Of a stretch of DNA of 64,000 bases, positions 48,172 through 59,508 are shown one piece after another. The stretch lies in the NCBI GenBank assembly GCA_030704615.1, contig CM060733.1, positions 43,958,001-44,022,000 of the forward strand. Direction: 5' to 3'. The position numbers and the translations under genes were made by a program. The stretch comes from Takakia lepidozioides. Lineage: Eukaryota > Plantae > Bryophyta. Below the pieces are notes generated by a model. The model had not been told where the DNA came from and did not search any database. It saw nothing but the letters and a program-made list of their open reading frames with translations. The stretch's first letter is position 1. Every line of letters begins with the position of its first letter.

Positions 48172-49231
48172 GGGGGGTGCTATTCTGTGAGCCCAGGAAA
48201 CCGTGAGCCCAGCGCAGGCTCATGCCACGTCAGCATACATACAGGGCCTATTTCCGCGGGTGTCACCTATTTCCGCGGGTTGATCAGCCATTTCCCGGGA
48301 ATGCAGAGTGGATATGTTACATCCATTGTATCCATTGCATCCATGCAGACGTTATCAACATACCAAGCCCTCACAAGTTTATGTGGGTACGTCGTGAGGA
48401 GGTGCACACTGACATGATCTAAAGCGGAACCCTACGAAATCTTCTCTTACTCACCACCCTTGCGAACATGCCAGGTATGTGCGGGAGCATCATGGATGCT
48501 CATTAGATTTGAGAATGCCTCACAGCTCTTTGATGAGGTGGACTTCACCGTGATGGATTCACCAACCATTCTTCTAGCAGGAATGGTTTGGAGACCAACG
48601 ACCAAATGATGCGTGAATGTTGTACACGAACCAAAGTCGTTTGTTTATTTTTGCAATGCACTCAAGTCTGTGAGGTCCAGAAAACACTAAATAGATTGAA
48701 GGAACAATCCGGGCAGTCCATGCAACCCCCATCTCCAACAATAGTTTGTTCCCATTAATGTGCATTCCACGCACACATTGCAAACAGGACAACAAGGACA
48801 CACAACCATCCCATTTCAAATTTGGCCCCGAATAAAACCAAAAGAAAACTTCATATCAAGTGTCACAGTCATCAGAATCAGTCTCGACCTCCTGTGCTAT
48901 GTCATCCACAAATATTCTGGCCCCAACACCACGTCTTCTACCATGGCCGTCGATGGGTGGACTCCGAGTGCCATGAACGGTCATGCTTGTTGCGAGTGCC
49001 TCCGCATAGACAGGTAGCACGCAAGACCGAGGAGGACTGGAAAGAAGTCCAAATAGGTGTGATAGCCCTGGAGGGCAAGTGGAAGCACGCAGACTCCTGC
49101 ACATGTCGACAAAAACCCATTCAGAACACAATATGCAATACACAAGTCCAACGAAGAGGATGTCTGCCATGTGAACTTTGCCTCAAGAACAGTGATTCTC
49201 GATATTGAAACCACAATGCAAGCATCCACAG
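48172..49231 (+). mobile_element. Element E left arm, containing the last exon of its ParB-MTase-like gene (48856-49170, minus); resumes at 63961
   Basis: Terminus GGGGGGTGCTATTCTGTGAGCCCAGG is in register with the D left TIR. PPRSCVLPVYAEALA...IFVDDIA matches D PPRSNRLPVYAEACA...VFIDDIA. Confidence 0.85.
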
Positions 49232-49694
49232 GGGGGCTGCTATTTCATGAGCCATGAGCCATGAGCGGCATGAGCCATGAGCAGAGTCGTAAGTGTGGAA
49301 AAAAACATGAGCAGCACTATTTTCCGGAAATGAGTGTCCGCGGGAATAGGGTTTAGGGTGCCACGGTCATAGGGGGAGAAGGACCTCCCGATGAAGGAGG
49401 TTCCGCAATGTTATTTAGAATTATATATTGAAAGGCAATGTTTCGCGAATGGTAGGGTGGTATTGCTCTGTACAATGGGGGCCCATTTCAGCCTACCAGC
49501 CATTTGCAAAATTCACCCACACTCCCAATCCCAAACGAAATGAGCAATGACGCATTCTCGGAACAATGGACACAGAATAGAATAAAAAGAGGGCACAATG
49601 AGGTTTTTATTGATCCACATGAATTGCATTTGAAGCACGTCTACTGTGCTGATTGTGCCCTCAAATCTTGAGCCCTGTGCCTACTGAATACAAG

Positions 49695-50257
49695 TCACGT
49701 TGTCAATGGGACTTCGACTGCTCTCAGAACTAGCTCATGAGTCCTGGGGCTCCTCCATGTAAAGTCGATTGCAGCCGTTGTACCGCCCCTAGTGATGTTC
49801 ACCACAATGTCCTGCCCTTCAATCATACCACCATCGAATATGGAAATCTTCACGTTTTCGTCGTCCACACCAATGCGAATGTCCCCATACAATGGAGAAG
49901 AGGAGCGCACTCCTCGAGGAGAATAGGTCTCTCCGATTGAGTCCACCCACGTCCAGTGGCAGCAGTTCCACCGCAACAGCATAGCAGTGCGCCTTCTTCT
50001 GCATGGGTGACCGTCGTAGCTGGGAAATCGGAATCAAGGATGCGCAGGAGCCACGGACTCCTCAAACCAAGATCGTCACCCCGCTCGAAGGCGTAGTGGC
50101 CTACGATATACTCAAAAGCCACCAATGTTTCCACAATCGAACCAGTATCTTCTGTGTAATCTGTGTACCAGATAACAATGTCTCCCGATGTGGCCGAATA
50201 CATTGCATAATCGATGCCTCCAAAGGGGCAGTCGTCCCGGTTCCGGAAGCACGGCAT
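49695..50257 (-). CDS. Third MULE ORF in C (one frameshift near 49985)
   Basis: ORFs 49850-50368 and 49695-49982 together align along the B ORF 36171-36770. Confidence 0.7.
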
Positions 50258-50879
50258 CCTTGCAATGGAGGACCTGAGGACGACTTGGATGCCGATGACC
50301 TTGCGGACAGCTACGAAGCCCTTAGATTTTGGAAAAGATACGAAGCGGAAGAGCAGTCCGGCCTCCAAAATGGAGCATCTGGGTCACACGTACCCACCGA
50401 CGGAGGTGGAACGTGTTCATCACGCCAGCGGTGGATGAAGCCATACATCTTTCTCATCAACAAGTTATAGTTTGAGATCTGCCACCGAAATCCATCCCCC
50501 CGGATGAAAATTCGGCGCCGCATTAACATCGAAGAGGGGATGGACTTCGTCGTGTCCAGTGGCTATCGGCCCACCTGGCAGTGACTGCCCATAGTTTGCA
50601 TGGCAGGGTAGGAAACTGAAACGGCTACATTCATGCAGCAGCCAATCTTCATCGGTCCAGGATCCTGTACGGGGGAAATTTAAATGTGCCCTGGAGTGTG
50701 CCCTGGAATGTACCTCACTTCTGTATAACTGTGTTTCATTGTGTTGAATAACTCTCGGATTTGGCCCACTGTTTACAATTTGATGTCTCATTTCTACAAT
50801 TTGTCTGTCTGGTTGAATAAAGCAGAGTAACCGGTATGTGAGTCATGTGTCAAGAATATACCAGAGTAACGCCATGTCG

Positions 50880-51640
50880 GACATTGAAATGCGGCACCGC
50901 ATTTCCATGTCGGCATCGAAATGCGGCGCCGCATTTCCAAGTCGGGATCGAAATGCGGCACCGCATTTCCATGTCGGACATCGAAATGCGGCACCGCATT
51001 TCCATGTGGGACAAGAAAATGCGGTGCATCATTTCCGTCCAGGTACACGAAATACCAACACGGGTCTATAAATTGATCAGAAAACGAGGTTGGCATTGCA
51101 AATGCGGCGACGCATTTCCAGCTTGGCAATGGAAACTTCTTTTTGGACAAGGGAATGCGGTGCCGCATTTCCGTCCAACACTTCGAAAAGTGCACCTATT
51201 TCCGACCAGCGCGATGGAATGCGTTACCGCATTTCCGAGAGAGGGTCTGCAAATTGACAAATTGCGATGTCCGTTCTGGAAATGCGGCGCCGCATTTCCA
51301 TGTCCGTCATCGACTTTTTTTTTACAATGGAATGCGGTGCCAGTTTTTGTTGATGGGTCTGCAGTTCGAACAACCACCATCCCCAATATGGAAATGCGGC
51401 ACCGCATTTCCAATCCCGCCATGTCGGCCTCCTTGTTCGACCTCCTTGTTCGACCTCTGTAAGCGTGGTGGCATCCATGCAATGAGCGGGAGAGGCCAAA
51501 ACTGGCGTGTGGACAAAGGAAATTTTGGAAATGCGGCACCGCATTCCCAATTCAGATTACTTTTTACTATGCCAACATTGAAATGGAAAATTAGTCCCTC
51601 CCCTGTTTTGGAAATGCGGTGCCGCATTTCCAAAAGAGGT
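50880..51640. repeat. Second cluster of GGAAATGCGG(CG/CA/TG)CCGCATTTCC palindromes in C; first five at 32-33 bp period
   Basis: Copies starting near 50885, 50917, 50949, 50982 and 51015, then dispersed copies to 51630. Confidence 0.9.
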
Positions 51641-51819
51641 TCTTAGAGTTGCCAAAAATTTTGGAAATGCCCTGTCCCATTTCTGATTTTGGGAGCGTCC
51701 TGGTTTGGGCGATTGTGTGGCTGGAATGCACACTGGAGAGGGTCACGAATGTCGGGCAGAATTTTCTTTATATACTCTGGAAGAGAATTTACATTTACAG
51801 AGACTTCATTAAAATTCTA

Positions 51820-54800
51820 TTAATCTTGAAAATCATCGGAATCCTCATCCTGTTCTAGACTGTCCTGCTCCTCCTCCACCCCCTCAGTGCCTCTCTCATC
51901 TCCAGCGGACTGCTCGTTGGCCAGGCTTTCAAAAATCCCATCTTCCCCTTGCGGAACTGTCCATCTCACCTCCGTTGGGTCGTCCTCCTCCCTGTCTGCG
52001 TCGCTCTCATCCGCTGAATCACATATGTACTTTCGTACCCGTCTACCTGTCTGAGCTGCTGCCAACTCTTTCCTTATCCTTCTGTCCTCCCTAGCCCTCT
52101 CCAAAATCTGCTCTACTTTACTGGGATTCTCACTTCTTCTAATCGCTGTATTTGCGAGTTTAGCTGCATAACTAGGAAGGGAGTAGTCCCTCACCGGGCT
52201 CGTCATGAAGTCGGCCCTCGCAAAGAACGGGACATTCTTCCTGGCAGGAAGTGTAGGCCCTACATGCTTCGACCCGGACCCTGCAATCCTGCACATGACA
52301 ATCATCAACGAGACTAATGAGAACCACAGTCGGGAAATTCCTTTGACATAAATGACCCAGAAGGCTTTGCAAACTTACAATGTTTGCACTCACTCGTATT
52401 CCGGGTTCTCCTCTGCATCAATGTCCACTGTGTCTTCCTCGGACTCCGACGAATCCGAGGAGACTTCCGCTCTGTCGGGAGCCTTCACATTCCGTTGCAG
52501 CCCCTCCAGATGGGATCCCCACACGGATGAATCCTCCTCGTAGGCAAAGAGGTGCCGGTCGGAAAACCGCCCAGCCCACATTGAGGCACCTGTTACAATG
52601 CCATCCACACATTACCACATGGCGCTTCAGATGTTGCGAACTACATCCTAACGAGAATTTGCAGAACAGCAGAGATCAAGATTCTGCATACCTGTCCCAC
52701 AGATGAGGTCCAGCACTGTGCCCTCCACGTCTGTGCATGTCTCCATAATTGTCTGAATGAAGGCAGGGCTCCGAGTCCGTGAGTACCGCAGGGGTTCCGT
52801 TGAAGTGAGGCTATGAGGGAGAAGTTCCTTGGGAACGTTGTTGAACAGAACGTCGTAATCGAGTGGGTCGCAGTTCGGGTCAACCTTTCCTCCCTCCTTC
52901 CGGAAAGCAAAGGTGGAGTTTTCCTTCACAAAGCAGTATGCATCGAACTGCTTCGTCTGCATACACAGGGGGAAAACGATTAGAAACCGAATGCGGCACC
53001 GCATTTGAAAGCACCCAAGCAAATGAATGGACGAGTGCCAGTGTCGTAATCACCTTCTTCCCTTCCGACCGAAGGCCCAGTGTGTTGATGCACGTCCACT
53101 TCTTTTTCAGAATCGGGACGGCGCTCTTGCGGGTCCACTTCGCAATTCCTGTCTGAGTGTTTTTTCCTCTGCTCGCCAGGACAACCACACAGCCTCTGTC
53201 GTCCAACACCATGCGGGCAAGCCCGAATCCTTTCTTCCAAAAGTCCTCCGAGTACCTGTTCCAAGATGGCAAAGCTTGCAGTCCTTCCACAGGCTCTCCG
53301 TCCGGAATATCCAAGATGATCATATCGCAAGACCACTCGGTGGCATTTCGCCCCTCCTACAATCCTTGTCTGCACACACCCTCTCAAAGAACGAGACCAT
53401 ATTCTGAAATCCTGGGGTGTCGGAAGGCTCTTCGGCAGTCGCCTTCTTCAGTGCTCTGCCCTTCAGACCCTCCATGGTCTTCGTGTATGCCAACTTGGCT
53501 GCCCGTCCATCCAAAGCCGCCAAGAAACTCTCATTTACACACTGGACTACAGTTTCGGGAGCCACTTTCGGCCTCTTCATTTCCACCGGCTCGAAAGGGT
53601 GCCCCCCTGGGGGGTTGAAGAGTGCCTTCTTTGCCGAGCCAGTTCTCGTGCCTCTCGTGACAACGGTGGGCACAGGGGAGGCAGCCTGCGTTTGGGGGGG
53701 TGGGCTGGTTGCAAAGTCTCCATCGGAGTCCTCTTCCTCACCCTCTCCTGAACAGGCTGTTTCTGCTTCTTCGTTTTGGCGGGTGTCACAACAGCTGCTC
53801 CTTGCTGGCGAGTCCTCTTCTTCGACCCCTTCTGTTGGGCCTGCACAGCTGCATCCACCGTCTTTTGTGCCATCTCAGCTGCCTTTCTGGATTCTTCCAG
53901 AGCAGCAGATTCCTTTGCCGACTTTGGCCCAGCAGGGACACGTCTTTCCTTTCTCTTCTCTTCTGCCAAGGCGTGCAGATCTTTCTCAGACTCGTCAACA
54001 ATACCGCCAGACATGTCCAGGTACCACGGGCATCCAACGAGATGCGCGGGATGCCATTGTTTCTGCATCTCGGGTGTGTAGACACAGCTTGGGCCCGCCA
54101 CGGTCCAAGCCATGAAGAACGGGGGCTCTTGAGCCAGGGCCCCTGTCTGAAGGAGCACGTATTTCATATACCTGCAAGGCAGTCAGCATGCGTGAGCAAA
54201 ACTTGAGACCAACCTACTGGCAGAGTGCCACCGAAAACATAAAATGCGAATGCGGTGCCGCATTTCCGAGACAAACCTCGTAACCAGGCTTCGCATACAA
54301 GGGCAGCTGTGCTTCACCTGTAAACAATTCGCATTGCAGCTTTCCCCGCTCCCTCCTGATGTGTAAACTCCACGCTCCTTCTTGCTGTCTGTAGCTCTCT
54401 GGCGAAAAGGTTGTCCTTGTACGCACATCTGAAACGTGTCACGTAGTCTTCCAATGTCTGTGTTCCATCCCATTTGACGTACAAGCCGAACGAATTTGTG
54501 TGCATTACGACTTGCTCCTTTGCATTCGACATTACCTGCCATTCCCAAATGCATTGTCACGTAGCAGTTCAGGGAATTCATGTCAGAAAAGCAAATCTGG
54601 GGAAGTACCTTGAATTACCTGGAACCACCAAGTCATACGGTTGAGCCACACATCCACTGCAGGGTCGGAAACTTCCAGTGGAAAAGACCACATTGTCCTT
54701 ATGCTCTCGGATGCATTCCAGATCGACAGCCACCGTGTCTGCCATTTCCGATCCAATGTCAGTGGCTGGAAGAGAGTGGCTATTGCTAGGAAGGAAATTC

Positions 54801-57028
54801 AGTGCATTGAAACCTCACCTTCTCTTTCGCCTCCACACATGCCGTTGAGAGGTGATGCAGTTTCTCCAATTGCATGGTCGGCTGCATGGCCCGAGAATAG
54901 TGTTTTGCAATCTCGGGGATGAAGTCCTTTCCAAGTGCCGGATCTGCAATTGCCACCAGCTTCACAAGCTTTGACTTGTATTTGGTTCTGGACTTGACAC
55001 CGGCTTCCTTCAAGTGCTCAGTCAATGACTGCAACGTTTTGACCTGCCCCTCACTTTCCATGAAGAAGCGTTTGGCATGGGCCAAATCCAGCTTGATGTT
55101 TGACTGCCAACAAAAACATGCAGAAGCGTTACATTCGATTCATGTGGAAACATTACTGGAAATTGGGGAAGGATGAGCAGAGGGAAATTGGAGCACGACT
55201 TACTTCGTATATCACCTCCACCATTCCATCCATAGTGAGACGATACCATGTCCGGTCTGTTTTTGCAACGGCTTTCTGAATGAGCTCCGGCTCCAGCATT
55301 TCCGCAAACATCTGCGGATCAGTAAGACCAGTTTTCCTCACCCTGTACAGCATATGTGCCATGTGGGTATGCACGTACGCATTCTCAGTGACCCTGCAAG
55401 GCACACTCTCCAGTTCAGTACACGGAAGCACGGAATCAAACCAGAATGGAAACCGAAATGCGGCACCGCATTTCGAATGTGCTAGGGAGGGTATGAGTAT
55501 CTTACGAGTTGAGGTCCGCCATGGCATTCTTGAGGAGGGAGGAGTCTGCCGCCTTCACCTTGAGGATGACACACTCCACCATGTAATGCCAGCCAATGTG
55601 CTTGGCATGGTTCTGCTTGATGTACTCCCACCAGGCGAGAAGTCGGTGATTCCCGTCCCACACAAAGAACATTTTTCCCGACATATGGCCGAAGTCGGGA
55701 TCACCCTTCAGCGTCGCCTCGAATTCGTGGTTGCGAGTGTGCCAGTGGGTATCCCACGTTGACAATTCATCGGCAGTGGGTCCACGGGTTTCGCCGTCCT
55801 CATTCTCTATGGAAACGTAAAACGCTGCCGATCCCAGACGGTACCCTTCTCGAAATGCGAACTTGAGCTTATCCACATCTCCGGGAAGGGCCTGCCTGAC
55901 GATGGGAAGGGAGACCATGCGACAGAGTGGGATTCGAAGAGTCCGCTGGAATACCCTGCTGCCCAGAACTCTGCCAATGCTACTGTGTGTCTCCTCCAAC
56001 ATTTTATCCGCTGCACTTTTGAAATCCTCCGGAGACATGTCTGTAGGTGCAGGTAGTGGCTGAGCAGGTGGAGCATCCTCAACTGGAGCTGCACTCTGGG
56101 GCCTGTGTGCGGGCAATTCTGCCACTGCAGAGGCCTCCTCCGGGCCTGCTAGCTCATCGGTGGTGAGGTCTGCCTGCGAACGTTCAGCGGCAGCACCCTC
56201 CTCCGGTACCAAATCGAGATCAACGGTCGATCCCATTGCCTTCGCTGCAGCAGAGTCGGCCCCAACATCTGCAGGCGGGAAATCCTCCAGGAACTGAGCT
56301 TCAGCTCGTGGAAGCTGGTTTTGCGGGAGATTGTTCGCCCGTCGCCCTGATTGCCTTCTGCTTCCTCATCCTTGCAGGTGAAGGTGTCTGCTGCAATAGA
56401 ATCTGTCTTCTACCCTGCTGCTTCATTCGCGTTGGGGGGGTGAATCGGCCTGAGCCGGTTCAGAAGCCAGTAGAGGGACGGGCTGCTTCTTCTTCGACTT
56501 TGCTGGAGAAGGGCCCGACCCCTGCTGGCGATTCTCCATGATCGAAGAACGCGAGTCGATCTCTGAGACTTTGAACTTGCCCTTCGAAGACGCGTCTTTG
56601 AATCGCAGAGGGCTAGGCCCGGCAGGAGTACCCGCGCTCGGGATCGGGTGGGTGTACGTGCTGCAGCTAGCTCCTCGGACTCTTCCTGCGGCTCTTCGGA
56701 TTCCTGCGATCCCTCCAGCACGTCCACCTTTCCTGTTAGGCATGCAAACATGTTCTGCATTCAAGTCTCCTAGCATTCAGTCTAAGAATTACAGAAGCAA
56801 AATGGGGGGTTCGGTGCTCGATCAGCTGCGCGCAGCCCGATCGCATGGAGCTCTCACTGGTGGCTGGGTTGCCTGAGTGGCCTGCTGCTCGGAGATGGCA
56901 ATCTCCTCCTGTAGACGCATCTGCTTCCTCCCCTTCGGCATTGGCCTACGTCCGAAGTATAATTTCCGGAGCTTGCGACGAGGTCTCCTGTCTGGTGCAC
57001 GAACTCCCCCCCTCTCAGGTTCGAGCAT
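51820..57028 (-). CDS. Multi-exon ParB/Srx-like plus beta-class N4C/N6A DNA methyltransferase-like protein (element C)
   Basis: 55502-56236 FFVWDGNHRLLAW; 53577-54167 WHPAHLVGCPWYLD (D: WSRAHFRDCGWYLD); 52880-53323 IILDIPDG, LDDRGCVVVL, WTCINTL; 52648-53022 RSPAF, VLDLICGTG; 52390-52608 DRHLFAYEED; 51820-52308 last exon. Probable 1-nt indel near the G-run at 53694-53700. Start codon tentative. Confidence 0.8.
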
Positions 57029-57369
57029 AAGAAGAACAGAGAGAGGGAAAAGGGGCAAAGAGTGCAGATGGAAAGGGCGCGAGAGGGGTGACTGAGGAGA
57101 CACGACAAAAGTAGATGAAACGGCGGTGATGCACCACTTGGGTTCGAAAGGTTGGACGAAAGTGTCTCCTCGTGGAGTTTGCGTCATTACGAAATTCGAA
57201 TCGTTGAGGGTACGCCCGCCGTCCGAAAATCAAACATCATTATCCAACGGTCAGGCCGCGCCGCCTCATGCCCCTTCAGTCAGATAGAGTGCCGACATGT
57301 GCAGCAATTCCGTTGCTCCACGTGTTCACATTTCAAGGCATTTCCGTCCCAGCGTCTGATGAGTTGGAG

Positions 57370-59085
57370 CGAGAATGCGAATGCGGCGCCGCATTTCGTT
57401 AAGTACGATCACTCTGCTACACATCCGTACTTGTTGGAAGAAAATGCGGCACCGCATTTCCGTTCCACCTTCACATACCTTAGTTGTTGAACGGAAATAC
57501 GGTGCCGCATTTCCGTCCCACAGCTCCAAGTATGAGATTCAGAAGGGAAATGCGGCGCCGCATTTCCGTTCCCACTTCACATACGTTAGTTGATGAATGG
57601 AAATGCCGTGCCACATTTCCGTTCGGGAAAGTATAGAGGTCTCACCTGGACAGAAATGCGGTGTCGCATTTCCGGTCTGGAAAGGTTGAAGGTCTCACAT
57701 GGATGGAAATGCGGCAACACATTTCCGTAGCACAGCTCCAGGCCGAATATACAAAACGGAAATGCGGCGCCGCATTTCCGTTCGAGAATGTCGGAAGGTG
57801 CGACTCGAACGGAAATGCGGTGCCGCATTTCTGTACCCGTTGCGCACGATTTTCAGTCAGAATGGAAATGCGGTACCGCATTTCCGTTCTGTAGAGTATT
57901 AACGTCTGACGCTGGCGGAAATGCCTTCCCGCATTTTCGTTCCACAGCTCCATGCCTCACATACAAAACGGAAATGCGGTGCCGCATTTCCGTTTTGGAA
58001 TGTCGGATGGTGGGACTCCGACGGAAATGCGGTACCGCATTTCAATTCCGATGTTTCAGGATATTTCATCAGAACGGAAATGCGGTGCCGCATTTCCCTT
58101 TTAAATCTAATACATTCCGTTCTGGAATGTTGGGAGGTGCGACTCGGATGGAAATGCGCTGCCGCATTTCAGTTCCGATGGTTCACGATTTTCAGTCAGA
58201 ACGGAAATGCGGTGCCGCATTTCCGTTCTGGCCTGATGGTAGGTGCGACTCGGATGGAAATACGTTGCCGCATTTCAGTTCCGATGGTTCACGATTTTCA
58301 GTCAGAACGGAAATGCGGTGCCGCATTTCCGTTCTGGAATGATGGTAGGTGCGACTCGGATGGAAATACGGTGCCGCATTTCAGTTCAGATAGTTCACGA
58401 TTTTCAGTCAGAACGGAAATGCGGTGCCGCATTTCCGTTCTGGATAGTGTGAATGTCTCAACCGGTCGGAATTGCGCTGTATGAAGCTGTCGGAATCTTA
58501 CTCGGCTCCAGGCATCAGATACAAAATGGAAATGCGGCGCCGCATTTCCTTTATGAATGTCGAAAAGTGCGACTTTGACGGAAATGCGGTGCCGCATTTC
58601 TGTTCCCGTTGTTCATAATTCTCAATCAGAACGGAAATGCGGTACCGCATTTCCGTTCCACCTTCACATACCGTGCTTGTTGAATGAAAATGCGGTACCG
58701 CATTTCCGTTCTCGAGAGTATGAATGTCTTTTAAGGACGGAAATGTGCTGCAGCATTTCTATCCCTCAGCTCCATGCATCAGATACAAAATGGAAATGCG
58801 GCACCGCATTCCCGTTCTGGAATGTCGAAAAGTGCGACTCGGACGGAAATGCGGTGCCGCATTTCTGTTCCCGTTGTTCATAAATCTCAATCAGAACGGA
58901 AATGCGGTACCGCATTTCCGTTCCACCTTCACATACCGTGCTTGCTGGATGGAAATGCGTTACCGCATTTCCGTTCTGGAGAGTATAAAGGTTTCCCCCG
59001 GACGGAAACTCGGTGGCCGCATTTCCGTCGCTCTGTTGCATGACCAAGATGCAATACGGAAATGCGGCGCCGTATTTCCGTCCAC
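57370..59085. repeat. About 30 palindromes GGAAATGCGG-NN-CCGCATTTCC at 53-bp period, between the divergent genes of C
   Basis: Centres 57450, 57503, 57556, 57609, 57662, 57715, 57768, 57821, 57874 ... 58086; 58160 ... 58425; 58538, 58590 ... 58961, 59068. Confidence 0.96.
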
Positions 59086-59508
59086 CAGCAATCGACAGAA
59101 TCACTCGTGACGGGAAATCTGGAACCTCAATGGGTTGCATTGTTCCGAAACAACACAATTGCGGCCAGTCTTGATGAGCACAACTTGGTTGTCTGACCGT
59201 TTTAACCAGCAGTCCTGGCACTTGTCAGCGCGAACGTTCCTGTCTGCACCGAGAATACTGCTGGATCCACCCTCAGGAGAAACTGTCAGGAGATGTTATT
59301 TCGTCGCCGAATCGGCCATCATTGTCCTACTCACTGGCTATGGAATCAAACCTCCCACCTTCATGCATGTAGCTTGAAACAATACTTTCCACTTCAATGT
59401 GCGACTTCCAATTGTCGATGGACTCCGCAGATCCACTTAGATGGTGCCTGTGAGCCTTGGTCTGTCGCTATACTGAACCTCGCACTTGCCAACTCCGTGC
59501 GGTGTTCG

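Noticed and set aside
50794-51646. Overlapping ORFs with EMRHRIS / KCGAAFP / GNAAPHF repeats (also MNFGAEIH ORFs in A/B and 57326-59221)
   Set aside because: These are translations of the palindromic DNA repeats, appearing on both strands and in all frames.
57370-59085. CRISPR-like look: palindromic 22-bp repeats with about 31-bp spacers (also 2750-3290)
   Set aside because: Spacers are related to each other (e.g. GTTCCGATGGTTCACGATTTTCAGTCAGAAC recurs), the repeats are degenerate, no cas gene is present, and the context is a spliced eukaryotic transposon.
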